The position numbers and the translations under genes are program-made. Of a stretch of DNA of 64,000 nt, positions 1 to 8,771 are shown piece by piece. Source of the DNA: an uncultured bacterium (lineage in GTDB: Bacteria; Patescibacteriota; Minisyncoccia; UBA6257; 2-01-FULL-56-20); the NCBI GenBank assembly GCA_963807165.1, contig CAWDZM010000001.1, positions 353,521 through 417,520 on the forward strand, given 5' to 3'. The notes beneath the pieces were generated by a model. It worked only from the letters and a program-made list of their open reading frames with translations, searched no databases and was not told where the DNA came from. Position 1 is the stretch's first letter. Every line of letters begins with the position of its first letter.

Positions 1-263
1 TATTTTCATACATCGTCGCCTTCGGCGAGCTTGCCGTGGGCATCGGATTGGTGCTTGGGGCATTCACCGGTATCGCCGCATTCTTCGGCGCGTTCATGAA
101 CCTTAATTATCTTTTTGCCGGAACGGTCAGTGTAAATCCGTTGCTTCTCCTCATCGAACTCTTCCTGATCCTCGCCTGGCGCAATGCCGGATGGATTGGC
201 CTCGACCGATGGCTACTCCCCTGGCTCGGCGTGCCATGGAAGCCGGGGAAAAGATTTGATTAA
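1..263 (+). CDS. DoxX/DoxD-family membrane protein (5' truncated by the window edge)
   Basis: Frame is open from the window start: ...IVAFGELAVGIGLVLGAFTGIAAFFGAFMNLNYLFAGTVSVNP...AGWIGLDRW, a typical DoxD/DoxX signature. Confidence 0.75.
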   Translation, partial: FSYIVAFGELAVGIGLVLGAFTGIAAFFGAFMNLNYLFAGTVSVNPLLLLIELFLILAWRNAGWIGLDRWLLPWLGVPWKPGKRFD

Positions 264-293
264 AGACAAAAATGCGCTAGGATTACTTTACTT

Positions 294-1160
294 ATGCGCC
301 CACGACATTCTTCACATTCCACACGCCCCCATAGTTCACAGGGGAAGCGTTCTTCGCGATCTTCTTCGTACCCTTCGCGCCCCCAGTATTCCGCGCACGG
401 TTCGCATGAAAAGATCTATATCTACGGCAAGCATGCGCTGATGGAGGCGCTCCAACACGCACCACAAACCGTGCGCAAGGTGTTCTTGTCGCCCGAAGTG
501 AATGATCCCGAATTGCGCACGTTATTAAGGAACGCAAATCTGACGCCGAGCGTTTTGAAGACCCGCGAGATCGGGCAGATGGTGGGTCGCGAGACCGCAC
601 ACCAGGGCGTGATCGCCGTCACCGACCCGGGTTCGCTCATGCTCGACCTCAAAGCATTCATCGCCAACCTCCGTCCCACGGAAAATACCATGCTCGTACT
701 ACTCGATGAGCTTACCGATCCGCATAACGTCGGCGCGATCATCCGCAGCGCGGCGGCGTTCGGCGCGGCCGGAGTGCTCATCCCCGTCCACAACCAGGCG
801 CCGATCACCGGCACCGTCGTAAAAACCTCCGCCGGTATGGCATTCCGCATTCCGCTCATCTCGATCGGCAACGTCAACCAGGCGGTCGATGCGCTCAAAA
901 AGATCGGCTTCATTACGTACGGCCTCGTCATGAATGGTTCACAAAATATCGCAGAAGAAAAATTCGGCGCGCCGGCGCTCTTTATTGTCGGCAACGAAGG
1001 TGACGGTATCCGCCAGAAAACGCTCGAACGTTGCGACGTCGGTCTGCGCATTCCGATGCACGCACGCACGGAATCGCTGAACGCATCCGTGTCCGCATCG
1101 GTCGTTTTATATCAGTGGAGCGTACGACATCCAGATGGATTGGGAGAGCAAAAAGTTTAG
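294..1160 (+). CDS. rlmB: 23S rRNA (guanosine-2'-O)-methyltransferase, TrmH/SpoU family
   Basis: IYGKHA, HQGV, LDELTDPHNVGAIIRSA, GNEGDGI and ESLNASVS motifs. Confidence 0.9.
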   Translation: MRPRHSSHSTRPHSSQGKRSSRSSSYPSRPQYSAHGSHEKIYIYGKHALMEALQHAPQTVRKVFLSPEVNDPELRTLLRNANLTPSVLKTREIGQMVGRETAHQGVIAVTDPGSLMLDLKAFIANLRPTENTMLVLLDELTDPHNVGAIIRSAAAFGAAGVLIPVHNQAPITGTVVKTSAGMAFRIPLISIGNVNQAVDALKKIGFITYGLVMNGSQNIAEEKFGAPALFIVGNEGDGIRQKTLERCDVGLRIPMHARTESLNASVSASVVLYQWSVRHPDGLGEQKV

Positions 1161-1208
1161 ATAGTTTTAATCGCACCTGTGCTATGGTAGCAAAGCCAAC
1201 GACCGAAA

Positions 1209-1280
1209 GGGCCGGTGGTGAAACGGTATCGCGGTCAGATCGCCATCTGACAGTTTGGGGTTCGACTCCCCACCGGTCAA
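1209..1280 (+). tRNA. Atypical tRNA-like RNA (Ala identity, 8-nt anticodon loop ATCGCCAT)
   Basis: Cloverleaf folded by eye: acceptor GGGCCGG/CCGGTCA+A, D stem GTGA/TCGC, anticodon stem GTCAG/CTGAC, T arm TGGGG-TTCGACT-CCCCA. G3-U70 and A73 present; G1-A72 is a mismatch. Confidence 0.7.
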
Positions 1281-1300
1281 CATTGGCGCGTCCCCTGAAT

Positions 1301-1328
1301 TTGACATCCATAGAAATCCGAGTACTAT
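1301..1328 (+). promoter_or_regulatory. Sigma70-type promoter embedded in a palindrome
   Basis: TTGACA(1301-1306)-N16-TACTAT(1323-1328); 1301-1313 and 1325-1337 form a 12/13 inverted repeat. Confidence 0.55.
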
Positions 1329-1334
1329 GGATAT

Positions 1335-1406
1335 CAAGATGGCGATCTGACGTGGTGCCACAAGCACCATTTTCAAAAAGACCGTTTGAAAGAACGGTCT
1401 TTTTGA
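1335..1406 (+). ncRNA. Putative ~70-nt small RNA antisense to the anticodon arm of the tRNA-like RNA
   Basis: 1337-1351 is the exact reverse complement of 1234-1248; hairpin at 1353-1369; terminator at 1373-1406. Confidence 0.45.
1373..1406. terminator. Intrinsic terminator, possibly bidirectional
   Basis: Perfect 14-bp inverted repeat TCAAAAAGACCGTT/AACGGTCTTTTTGA. Confidence 0.8.
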
Positions 1407-1431
1407 TTTCTGATATAATCCTCTTATACCA

Positions 1432-2352
1432 ATGCAACATATTGATCTCGCAACAAACGTGTGGCCCGACTACGAACTCCTCGACTCCGGCGACAATAAA
1501 AAGCTCGAACGCTTTGGACCGTTTGTTTTGATCCGTCCCGAAACCCAAGCGATTTGGAAACCGCTCCATCCTGAGCTATGGAAAAGAGCAAAAGCAGAAT
1601 TCCGTTTTGATGGCGGCAAGGGATCGTGGCGCTCCAATAATAACGGCGGGTCGGAAACGTGGGAAATCACATGGAACAGCGACGCGCGCTTTACGTTGCG
1701 CCTGACGTCGTTCAAACACACCGGCGTGTTTCCGGAACAAGCACCGAACTGGGAATGGATCGCGGAACACGTGAGCGCACTCGCAAAACGCAACGCTCCC
1801 GCAGGAAGCGCTCCTGGCGACAGACCGAAAGTGTTAAACCTCTTCGGCTACACTGGTATCGCGAGCATCGTAGCGGCGAAGCATGGAGCGCACGTGACAC
1901 ACCTTGATGCGTCGAAGCAAAGCAACACGTGGGCAAAAGAAAACGCAACGCTCTCCCAAGTGCCACCAGACACGCTCCGCTATATAACCGACGATGCGCT
2001 GAAGTTTGTGGAACGCGAGATCCGGCGCGGATCGGTGTACGACGGCATCATTCTTGACCCCCCGGCATTCGGTCGCGGCCCGGACGGCGAATTGTGGAAG
2101 ATCGAAGAGGATATCACTCCCCTCCTCGACGCCGTGCGCAAAATCTTTGCGCAAAAACCCGGCTCGTTCTTCTTATTGAACGGCTATGCAGCAGGCTACG
2201 CACCGCAATCACTCCTGCAATCAGCGGAAAGTTCATTCCCGGAAATCGCCGCTGGCAAAAAAATCAATGGCGAATTCGGCGAACTCCGCGTCTCAGAAAA
2301 TAAATCCGGCCGGTGCATCCCTTCGGGAATCTATGTGCGCTTCACGCGCTAA
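1432..2352 (+). CDS. Class I SAM-dependent methyltransferase (RlmI/YwbD-like)
   Basis: YELLDSG..KLERFG, FKHTGVFPEQ, VLNLFGYTG, IILDPPAFGRG. Confidence 0.85.
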   Translation: MQHIDLATNVWPDYELLDSGDNKKLERFGPFVLIRPETQAIWKPLHPELWKRAKAEFRFDGGKGSWRSNNNGGSETWEITWNSDARFTLRLTSFKHTGVFPEQAPNWEWIAEHVSALAKRNAPAGSAPGDRPKVLNLFGYTGIASIVAAKHGAHVTHLDASKQSNTWAKENATLSQVPPDTLRYITDDALKFVEREIRRGSVYDGIILDPPAFGRGPDGELWKIEEDITPLLDAVRKIFAQKPGSFFLLNGYAAGYAPQSLLQSAESSFPEIAAGKKINGEFGELRVSENKSGRCIPSGIYVRFTR

Positions 2353-2382
2353 CTACTCAGCGCGCGCGACCCCTTACCACCA

Positions 2383-4530
2383 CTACATCCCCTTCTCCTC
2401 TTCCTCGGCGCGCCAAATCTCTTTGCCCACATAATCGTTGACCTCATCGAGGTCGTGCACCAACTTTGCCTCCCGATCCTTTTCCTCTGCAGAAAGCCCG
2501 GAACTCATCTTGACCTTATGAAGCGTCTCAAGCTCAAGCTCTATATCGTGCCGCAACACCGCGAACCCACGCTTTAATGATTCCTCGGCACCATGGAGCG
2601 CTTCCGCAAGCTTGGCACGCTTTGCCCTGATCTTGCCATTAAATCGGAGAAGATAAGCCGCCATCACCAGCGCGGCGGCAAAGAATATGATGAAGAGAAT
2701 GAGGTATATTTCTTCGTAATCAAAGCGCGCGGAACCGATAGCGAGTGCAGTAGGTTCGACCGCGATATCAATGCGCGGGCTGGGAGCGCTCGTTTGATTA
2801 TCGAACTCCAACTCGGCCCATGCCACATAATGGCCCGAGTCAAGGAATTGCGGGAAGGAATAGAACCAATTGCCGTCGCTTCCCGTCGTCGCGGTGACGT
2901 CAAAGGCCTCCCCGGTTTCAACCCCTTCGATGTGCAAATTGATCTGCGCATCCGGAATGTTTGCCCACCCGCCAAGGTAAAGAATCTGATTATTGGAAAT
3001 CGATGATGGCGCGATATTGATGAGCGGCGGATTGAGGGTAAGACTCGAGGAGGCCATCGTGCTCGTCGCAACAAGCATCGGCGTGCTCGTTGCCGCGACC
3101 GCATGGGAAGCCCGAACCCCAAAGAACGCAGCAGCGGAAAGCGCCACTCCGACGATCAACACTGCAGCATGAATATGATTGTCATATTCCTTCCGCTTAT
3201 TATTAAGGTGTGCGATTTTCGCGGCAATATCAGGATGATTTTCTGCTCCACTCCGCAAAATTTCCTCAATTTCTTTGTGACGTTTGAACGCCCGAATGAA
3301 CAGATAGAGTAAAAGAAGAAGAATTATGAAAGCAATTCCGTCGACGTATGGCCACGGAATGATAAACGAACCAAATCGCAGCCCTTGATTCCCGATAATA
3401 CCAAAAATAGATTTGGTGATTGAGATCCGCTGTACTTCCTGAGTATAATTTCCTGCATTATTATAAGCACGGACATAGACATCATAATCGCCATAGTCCA
3501 GTGATTGCGTATACGGTGAGTTGGTCTCGATAAAGAATGTCTGATTATTACTCCCCGTAGTGACAACCGATGCGGTAAGCGGAACAACCTTCAGTTCATA
3601 ATAATCAATGCCCGACACGGCATCCGTCGTCCCAAAAGTAAACACCGGGTTTTGATCGGAGGTCTGCACGCCGGGAGAGACGCCGATACTGAAGGAAGCC
3701 GGCGGCGTGACGTCAGTAAGGATGGCATAATCGGTCACGCCTCCCCACTGCCCATTACTGAACGCGCTGATATGAAAATAATGAACGCCGTCGGTAAGGT
3801 TATTATAGGTAACGCTCGCCTGAAGACCCTGGGATATTTTTTGGGGAGCTCCAGTCGGATTATCATCGAGCGTGTAACTTACCCCTTGAGCACCAGCGGG
3901 CAGCTGCCACTGCAGAATGGCGGTGCTATCGTTATACCACATGGTTTGATCGGGGTTCGTCGGCGAGGTGACCACCGGACCCGCCGGCGGCGGGAGCTGG
4001 AGTGTGTAAATGCCATTAGTAGTTTGCGTAAGAGCGTTGGTTCCATACCCATCGTTTAATAGCACTTTTGAATCCCCAAACTGCAAGGATGCAACGCCAG
4101 GCTGCATAACCCGGAAGGTAACGGTGGATATAAGCCCCGCATTCGTGTTAATACCCGGCGTCGGAATCGCCCCCTGGAAGGTCAACGTGCCATCGGTGTT
4201 AGAGAAAGAAGGCTGACCAACCCAGTCCTGAATAAAAGATTTTCCCGAATCTGGTGAAACCACCTGAAGCTTATCAGGCGGAAATATAAGATTTGCATCA
4301 ACCGCATTGATATATTGCCCACCCGTGTTTACATAAATGGAAACCGTGAATGTGCTCCCTACGGTAAACGTCCCTCCCGATGGTTGAACATAGAGCGATG
4401 CACCACCCGCTGCACTCGCTACGCTCGTCGCAAAAATCGGCCACGCAAATAACACCATCGCGATAGCAAAAAATGAGCCTGATCGACCCACGCCAATATT
4501 ACGAAAGATCCTTAAGCTAAAAATCCCCAT
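2383..4530 (-). CDS. Cohesin-domain surface protein with Ig-like repeats and two internal TM segments
   Basis: Signal peptide; ASLYVQPSGGTFTVGSTFTVSIYVNTGGQYINAVDANLIFPPDKLQVV (cohesin-like); DVTPPASF Ig-like module; hydrophobic helices; C-terminal coiled coil. Confidence 0.75.
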   Translation of the reverse strand: MGIFSLRIFRNIGVGRSGSFFAIAMVLFAWPIFATSVASAAGGASLYVQPSGGTFTVGSTFTVSIYVNTGGQYINAVDANLIFPPDKLQVVSPDSGKSFIQDWVGQPSFSNTDGTLTFQGAIPTPGINTNAGLISTVTFRVMQPGVASLQFGDSKVLLNDGYGTNALTQTTNGIYTLQLPPPAGPVVTSPTNPDQTMWYNDSTAILQWQLPAGAQGVSYTLDDNPTGAPQKISQGLQASVTYNNLTDGVHYFHISAFSNGQWGGVTDYAILTDVTPPASFSIGVSPGVQTSDQNPVFTFGTTDAVSGIDYYELKVVPLTASVVTTGSNNQTFFIETNSPYTQSLDYGDYDVYVRAYNNAGNYTQEVQRISITKSIFGIIGNQGLRFGSFIIPWPYVDGIAFIILLLLLYLFIRAFKRHKEIEEILRSGAENHPDIAAKIAHLNNKRKEYDNHIHAAVLIVGVALSAAAFFGVRASHAVAATSTPMLVATSTMASSSLTLNPPLINIAPSSISNNQILYLGGWANIPDAQINLHIEGVETGEAFDVTATTGSDGNWFYSFPQFLDSGHYVAWAELEFDNQTSAPSPRIDIAVEPTALAIGSARFDYEEIYLILFIIFFAAALVMAAYLLRFNGKIRAKRAKLAEALHGAEESLKRGFAVLRHDIELELETLHKVKMSSGLSAEEKDREAKLVHDLDEVNDYVGKEIWRAEEEEKGM

Positions 4531-4566
4531 ATTTCTATAGTGCTATTTTACCATATTCACGCTATA

Positions 4567-5466
4567 TTATTTTACTAAGGGAGGGCGCCACCTGCGCCAA
4601 ACCCAGAAAACGAGAGTCCCGATGACCACCACCAATCCCAGAACGAGCTCTCCAATGAATATCATAAGGTTGTTTATATCATATATTGTCTGTTCCGCAC
4701 TAGTTCCCTCATTATTGGTCGCACGGAATCCAACTTCCCATACCTGTGCAGGCACTACCGCATAATTTACCGCTGGTTGCCATGGACTCCAGGCGAAAAA
4801 AGTGCGATACCGCACAAATGTTCCGGCGAGGCCAGATCCGCCGTCATTCGCAAGAAAGCTCAAAATATCTTTATTGGAGGAATCGTCGTGGACAATTTTC
4901 AAAAAAGATATTTGAGGGATGGTGTTTGGAATCCCCGAGCCGGCAAAAACCGCTGAAGTACCAGCGTTAGAAGAAGAACCTGCGCCTGCGGGTGATGCCA
5001 TGATCGAAACCGTCATTGGAACCGTTTCCGGGACCACCGCCGTTCCCTGACCATCAGCGGCATACACCGTTGAGTTGATAAAAGAAAAAGTGGCGGTTCC
5101 ACTCGACTCTGCGCGCACATATATCGTTGCCAATTCGCCCTCCGATCCGTTGAAAGCAGAAAATGAACCGCCACGAAGCGCGATCGTGCCATCCTGCGCC
5201 GACGGCTGATTTTGCCATACCGCGATGATGGAGTTTGCATCACTCACTGTTTGTATCCCTATCGGGCCCTGGTATGCAACGGTAACATCATAGGCATTCA
5301 ATGGTTGACCGGCATTAACAAGCACCTGGATGGGGAATACCATTCCCGCCGCGATAGTTCCCGTCGGCGATTCAAAACGCAATACCGTTGCCGCGCTCGC
5401 AAGCGCAGGAGCGCTCAATAACAAAAAGATAGAAACGGCAGGAATATAGTAGTGAATTCTTTTCAT
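4567..5466 (-). CDS. Cohesin-domain membrane-anchored protein
   Basis: Signal peptide, cohesin-like N-domain (FPIQVLVNAGQPLNAYDVTVAY...VYAADGQGT), C-terminal TM helix plus RRWR; start placed at MKRIHY. Confidence 0.7.
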   Translation of the reverse strand: MKRIHYYIPAVSIFLLLSAPALASAATVLRFESPTGTIAAGMVFPIQVLVNAGQPLNAYDVTVAYQGPIGIQTVSDANSIIAVWQNQPSAQDGTIALRGGSFSAFNGSEGELATIYVRAESSGTATFSFINSTVYAADGQGTAVVPETVPMTVSIMASPAGAGSSSNAGTSAVFAGSGIPNTIPQISFLKIVHDDSSNKDILSFLANDGGSGLAGTFVRYRTFFAWSPWQPAVNYAVVPAQVWEVGFRATNNEGTSAEQTIYDINNLMIFIGELVLGLVVVIGTLVFWVWRRWRPPLVK

Positions 5467-5474
5467 AATAATAG

Positions 5475-6185
5475 CTATCCCGTCCAATGATACATAAGGA
5501 TCGAGATGTCAGAAAAATCGACGGTGCCGGAATGATCCATGTTATACGGCGAGCCTGCGGAAACCGATTGCCCATAATGAGAAAGCAAAATAGAAAGATC
5601 GACGATATCCACCCTTCCATCGCAATTAAGATCGGCGATGCCGCACGTCGTGGAGTGTGGGATTGAAGACGTGCTGATTTCGAAGGGAATAGAAACTCCC
5701 CCGCCTCCCCCACCACCCGAAACGGGCGGCGTACCGGTGGAGTTTCTAACCGACACCGGGCGCCAGTCGGTCGTCACCATACACTCGCTACAATTGAAAT
5801 CGATTATTCCTTCGTCCGTGGTCGTGGCCACGCCCATAAACATTCCGGAATCACTGATAGTCACACCGCTAAAATTGATCCATCCCACATTCTCATTCCA
5901 TGCGTAGCCCCCGAGCGTGCCACTCCCGTCGTTCGTCACCCCGCCATGCGTCGGAGCAAGGTTGATCCACCCGAAGTCCGAGCTCCACGCATATCCCGTC
6001 AGCGCACTGTCGGTGACGTGGACATTCCCGCCGGTGGTGCCAAAGTTTACCCATGCGATATTATTCCCCCACGCATACGCATGCGCAGGATCGATCGTGC
6101 CATCCATCTGCGATGCGAACGCCGTGAATGGAAAAAGGGAAATGATGACTATTAATAACCACTTGCCGATAGTGGATTCCTTCAT
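5475..6185 (-). CDS. Secreted protein with GYAW..GWI repeats and a C-terminal dockerin-like domain
   Basis: Three AWxxxxGWI/AWV repeats, Gly linker, duplicated Ca-binding loops ADLNCDGRVDIVDLSILL and NMDHSGTVDFSDISILM; start placed at MKESTIG. Confidence 0.75.
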   Translation of the reverse strand: MKESTIGKWLLIVIISLFPFTAFASQMDGTIDPAHAYAWGNNIAWVNFGTTGGNVHVTDSALTGYAWSSDFGWINLAPTHGGVTNDGSGTLGGYAWNENVGWINFSGVTISDSGMFMGVATTTDEGIIDFNCSECMVTTDWRPVSVRNSTGTPPVSGGGGGGGVSIPFEISTSSIPHSTTCGIADLNCDGRVDIVDLSILLSHYGQSVSAGSPYNMDHSGTVDFSDISILMYHWTG

Positions 6186-7495
6186 AACGTGGTAAACGTC
6201 TGTATCGCGCCGGGGAACCAGATCCCGTCGACCCGAGCCCATGCAATAAAGTAATACTGAGTGTTTGGGGTAAGGTCAGTAAGCGATCCACTCAGCAACG
6301 CACCCAACGACTTAACTCCAGGAAAATCGATATGCGACCACCCCGCAGGAATAACCGGACTGCCACCGGATAATGGATCGCTGATAGGAGTAGTTCCTAG
6401 CCAAAAGGAAGTGTAGTCTGCACCGGCTCCATTAATAGTGCCATTTAGCAAAGCGCTGGTGTCGGTGATCGAGGTCGCGGGAATGGTGATGGCAATACTG
6501 GTGGCAGTATCCGGCGTGGAAGTCGGTTCGGTAGAAGTCGGCGTCAGGAGCGTTGGTGTTGTTGTTGCCACGGTCGATGTATCTATTGCAGAAGATGAGG
6601 CAGTAGAAGTAGCAACAGCCGCCACTGTTACACTATCATTTGCGGTCGCAAGAACCGTTGAAGAAGAATGAACGTCCACCACATCGGCCGCAAAAGAATA
6701 CGAACCAGGGATATCAGAAATAGGATAAACATCAATGGTGGTGGAATCACTTGCCGATAACAAAAATCCTTGACCTTGATTGGATCCCCAGCCGGCGATG
6801 TTCACGTCATACCAGGCGCCGGTGGCATCTTGTGCCCACAGCTGAAGATTTGAATTCGCATCGATCGGATTGATAAGGACATTCGTAGAAGTGGCATTGC
6901 CATTATTCGCTACCGTCATAATAATCGGAGAAATACCGTTAATAGCAGTTGCCACTGAGGAGCTCGCTGCGGAACCATCCGCTGCCTCAGAAACCAAACC
7001 AGGTGATTGAGTGATAGTGGTGGACGTTGGCAACGCAAGCACGAGGTTGGCCGCTGACGTTGAAGAAGTCGCCGGAGTGGAAGTTGGCGTCGTAGTCGCA
7101 ACAGCAGCGGACGCCACCGTTAACGCATCGGTCGCGGTAAAGCCACCATCAGCGGTCGTGACGGTAACGGTCGCCGAACCGGCGGCAACCGCCGTTATAA
7201 GACCGTTCCCATCAACGCTCGCAATAGTCGGATCGCTTGAGAGATAAGAAACCGCCTGATTCGTTGCATCAGAAGGCGCAGTGGTTGGTGCGAGTTGATC
7301 CGTGTTGCCTACCGTGAGCGCCGCGGAAGTTTCATTAAGAGAAACGCCCGTCACGGAAGTGGATGATGGAGCGGGAGAAGACGTAGCAGTGGTTGATGAC
7401 GCATCGTCTGCGGATACAGGTAGAGCACCGCACGCATAAATACCGAATATAAAAACCAAGACCATGCCGACTGATAAAATCTTTTTTATATTCAT
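6182..7495 (-). CDS. Secreted Ser/Thr-rich protein with a bacterial Ig-like (Big_2) domain and a C-terminal FN3-like module
   Basis: VTGVSLN..LTVGNTDQL..PSDATNQAVSYLSSDPTIASVDGNGLITAVAAGSATVTVTT; LTDLTPNTQYYF. Confidence 0.75.
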   Translation of the reverse strand: MNIKKILSVGMVLVFIFGIYACGALPVSADDASSTTATSSPAPSSTSVTGVSLNETSAALTVGNTDQLAPTTAPSDATNQAVSYLSSDPTIASVDGNGLITAVAAGSATVTVTTADGGFTATDALTVASAAVATTTPTSTPATSSTSAANLVLALPTSTTITQSPGLVSEAADGSAASSSVATAINGISPIIMTVANNGNATSTNVLINPIDANSNLQLWAQDATGAWYDVNIAGWGSNQGQGFLLSASDSTTIDVYPISDIPGSYSFAADVVDVHSSSTVLATANDSVTVAAVATSTASSSAIDTSTVATTTPTLLTPTSTEPTSTPDTATSIAITIPATSITDTSALLNGTINGAGADYTSFWLGTTPISDPLSGGSPVIPAGWSHIDFPGVKSLGALLSGSLTDLTPNTQYYFIAWARVDGIWFPGAIQTFTTL

Positions 7496-7532
7496 GTGAT
7501 TATCTTCCATTATATCATCTCGAAATATAGCG

Positions 7533-8771
7533 TTACCAACTCATAATCCAATTGAAGAACATCTGTAGCGGGGTTGAACCGCCGCCTCCCCCCGCCGTCT
7601 GTTCGCTCCCTACTGCGTAGAAAGTCGAAGGGCTATTTTGGTTGTTATACTGGGTCAAAACCCATGACGGGGTAAAAATGGTATTAGCAATTTCAAATTC
7701 ATCTAATTTTCCCTGCCAGTTCCTCGCATAGTCATTTGCTCTGTTTCCTATAACATAATCGTCAGTGTTGTAAGTAGGACTTCCTGATGGGGAGACCGCC
7801 ACGCTCGTTGAAGTGGCAACCCCATTGATGTAGAAAATAGGGGCATTAGATACGCTTGAATTGTTGTAGGTAATGGTGAGGTAATACCATGTGTTAAGGG
7901 TTGGGCCGACCTCCGCGCCGCCGTTTGTCCATACCCATCCAGCCGCCCCTCCACTCCACGTGGGAGAATAAACAATTCCAAAAATACCGCTGTCATTCCC
8001 AAAATATGCTTCATCGGTCTGCGCTCCGCTTACCCGCTTATCCCATAAGCGGCCGAGAGAACCACCGCCACCGCCGCTCGCGTTGAACCAAATGGAATAG
8101 CTCCGCTGCGTGGAACTACTATTGAGGTCGGTGGTAATACCATCCGTACTGTGGGTGCCCCATATGCCCGCGCCATCAATTTGTCCCGTGGAAGTTTCGA
8201 CTGGTCCATTGTTTGTTCCGCCTCCTCCCGTAACGGAGTCATAGGTACTCACGCTACTCGTCGGATTGGCGACGTGCCACACTCCCGCATAGGTACTATT
8301 CCACGTTGAGCTAGGATGGGACTGATCGGTACTGACCGAGGAATTTCCATAACAAGCATAAACAACGGCTCCCGCAGATTCGGAAGGGATAGTTACCCAA
8401 TCGTTGATCGCGCCCGTGGAAGAGGTATAGCTTTCTGTTTCGAACGGCAACGAAGTTCCACATGACCATGAGCCACCAGCGTTTGAAGGAGTGGAAGTGA
8501 CAAAGATAAGATCAGCCGCCTCTTGCCCGCCATTCGGGGCGGTAACAAGGTTTTGGATGCGTCCTGCACCACCGCCAGTAGAAGATGATTCAAGCCATGT
8601 ATACGTCCCGCTAAAAAGCATAGGAAAATTGGCGTTGGTTCCCGAAGCGATGGAGGTAGTGGAGGTTACGGTTACAGAACGATAGTAAGTATAATTTGCG
8701 GCATGGGCGTAAGAAACGACGAAAAAAAACCCAGAAAATCCGAGTATAAATATTGGCAGATATTTTTTCAT
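7533..8771 (-). CDS. Secreted DUF2341-like + LamG/concanavalin-A lectin-like protein
   Basis: YTYYRSVTV..NFPML, YACYGN, YAGVWH, WYYLTITYN..FYING, WQGKLDEFEI, WVLTQYNNQ; TGATG overlap with the upstream gene. Confidence 0.75.
   Translation of the reverse strand: MKKYLPIFILGFSGFFFVVSYAHAANYTYYRSVTVTSTTSIASGTNANFPMLFSGTYTWLESSSTGGGAGRIQNLVTAPNGGQEAADLIFVTSTPSNAGGSWSCGTSLPFETESYTSSTGAINDWVTIPSESAGAVVYACYGNSSVSTDQSHPSSTWNSTYAGVWHVANPTSSVSTYDSVTGGGGTNNGPVETSTGQIDGAGIWGTHSTDGITTDLNSSSTQRSYSIWFNASGGGGGSLGRLWDKRVSGAQTDEAYFGNDSGIFGIVYSPTWSGGAAGWVWTNGGAEVGPTLNTWYYLTITYNNSSVSNAPIFYINGVATSTSVAVSPSGSPTYNTDDYVIGNRANDYARNWQGKLDEFEIANTIFTPSWVLTQYNNQNSPSTFYAVGSEQTAGGGGGSTPLQMFFNWIMSW

Noticed and set aside
1234-1351. 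Invertible promoter flanked by 15-bp inverted repeats
   Set aside because: No recombinase nearby, and inversion would destroy the tRNA T arm and acceptor stem. RNA pairing is the simpler reading, though reads could test it
1209-1406. tmRNA or permuted tmRNA
   Set aside because: It has a full D arm and anticodon arm, no tag reading frame, and is too short
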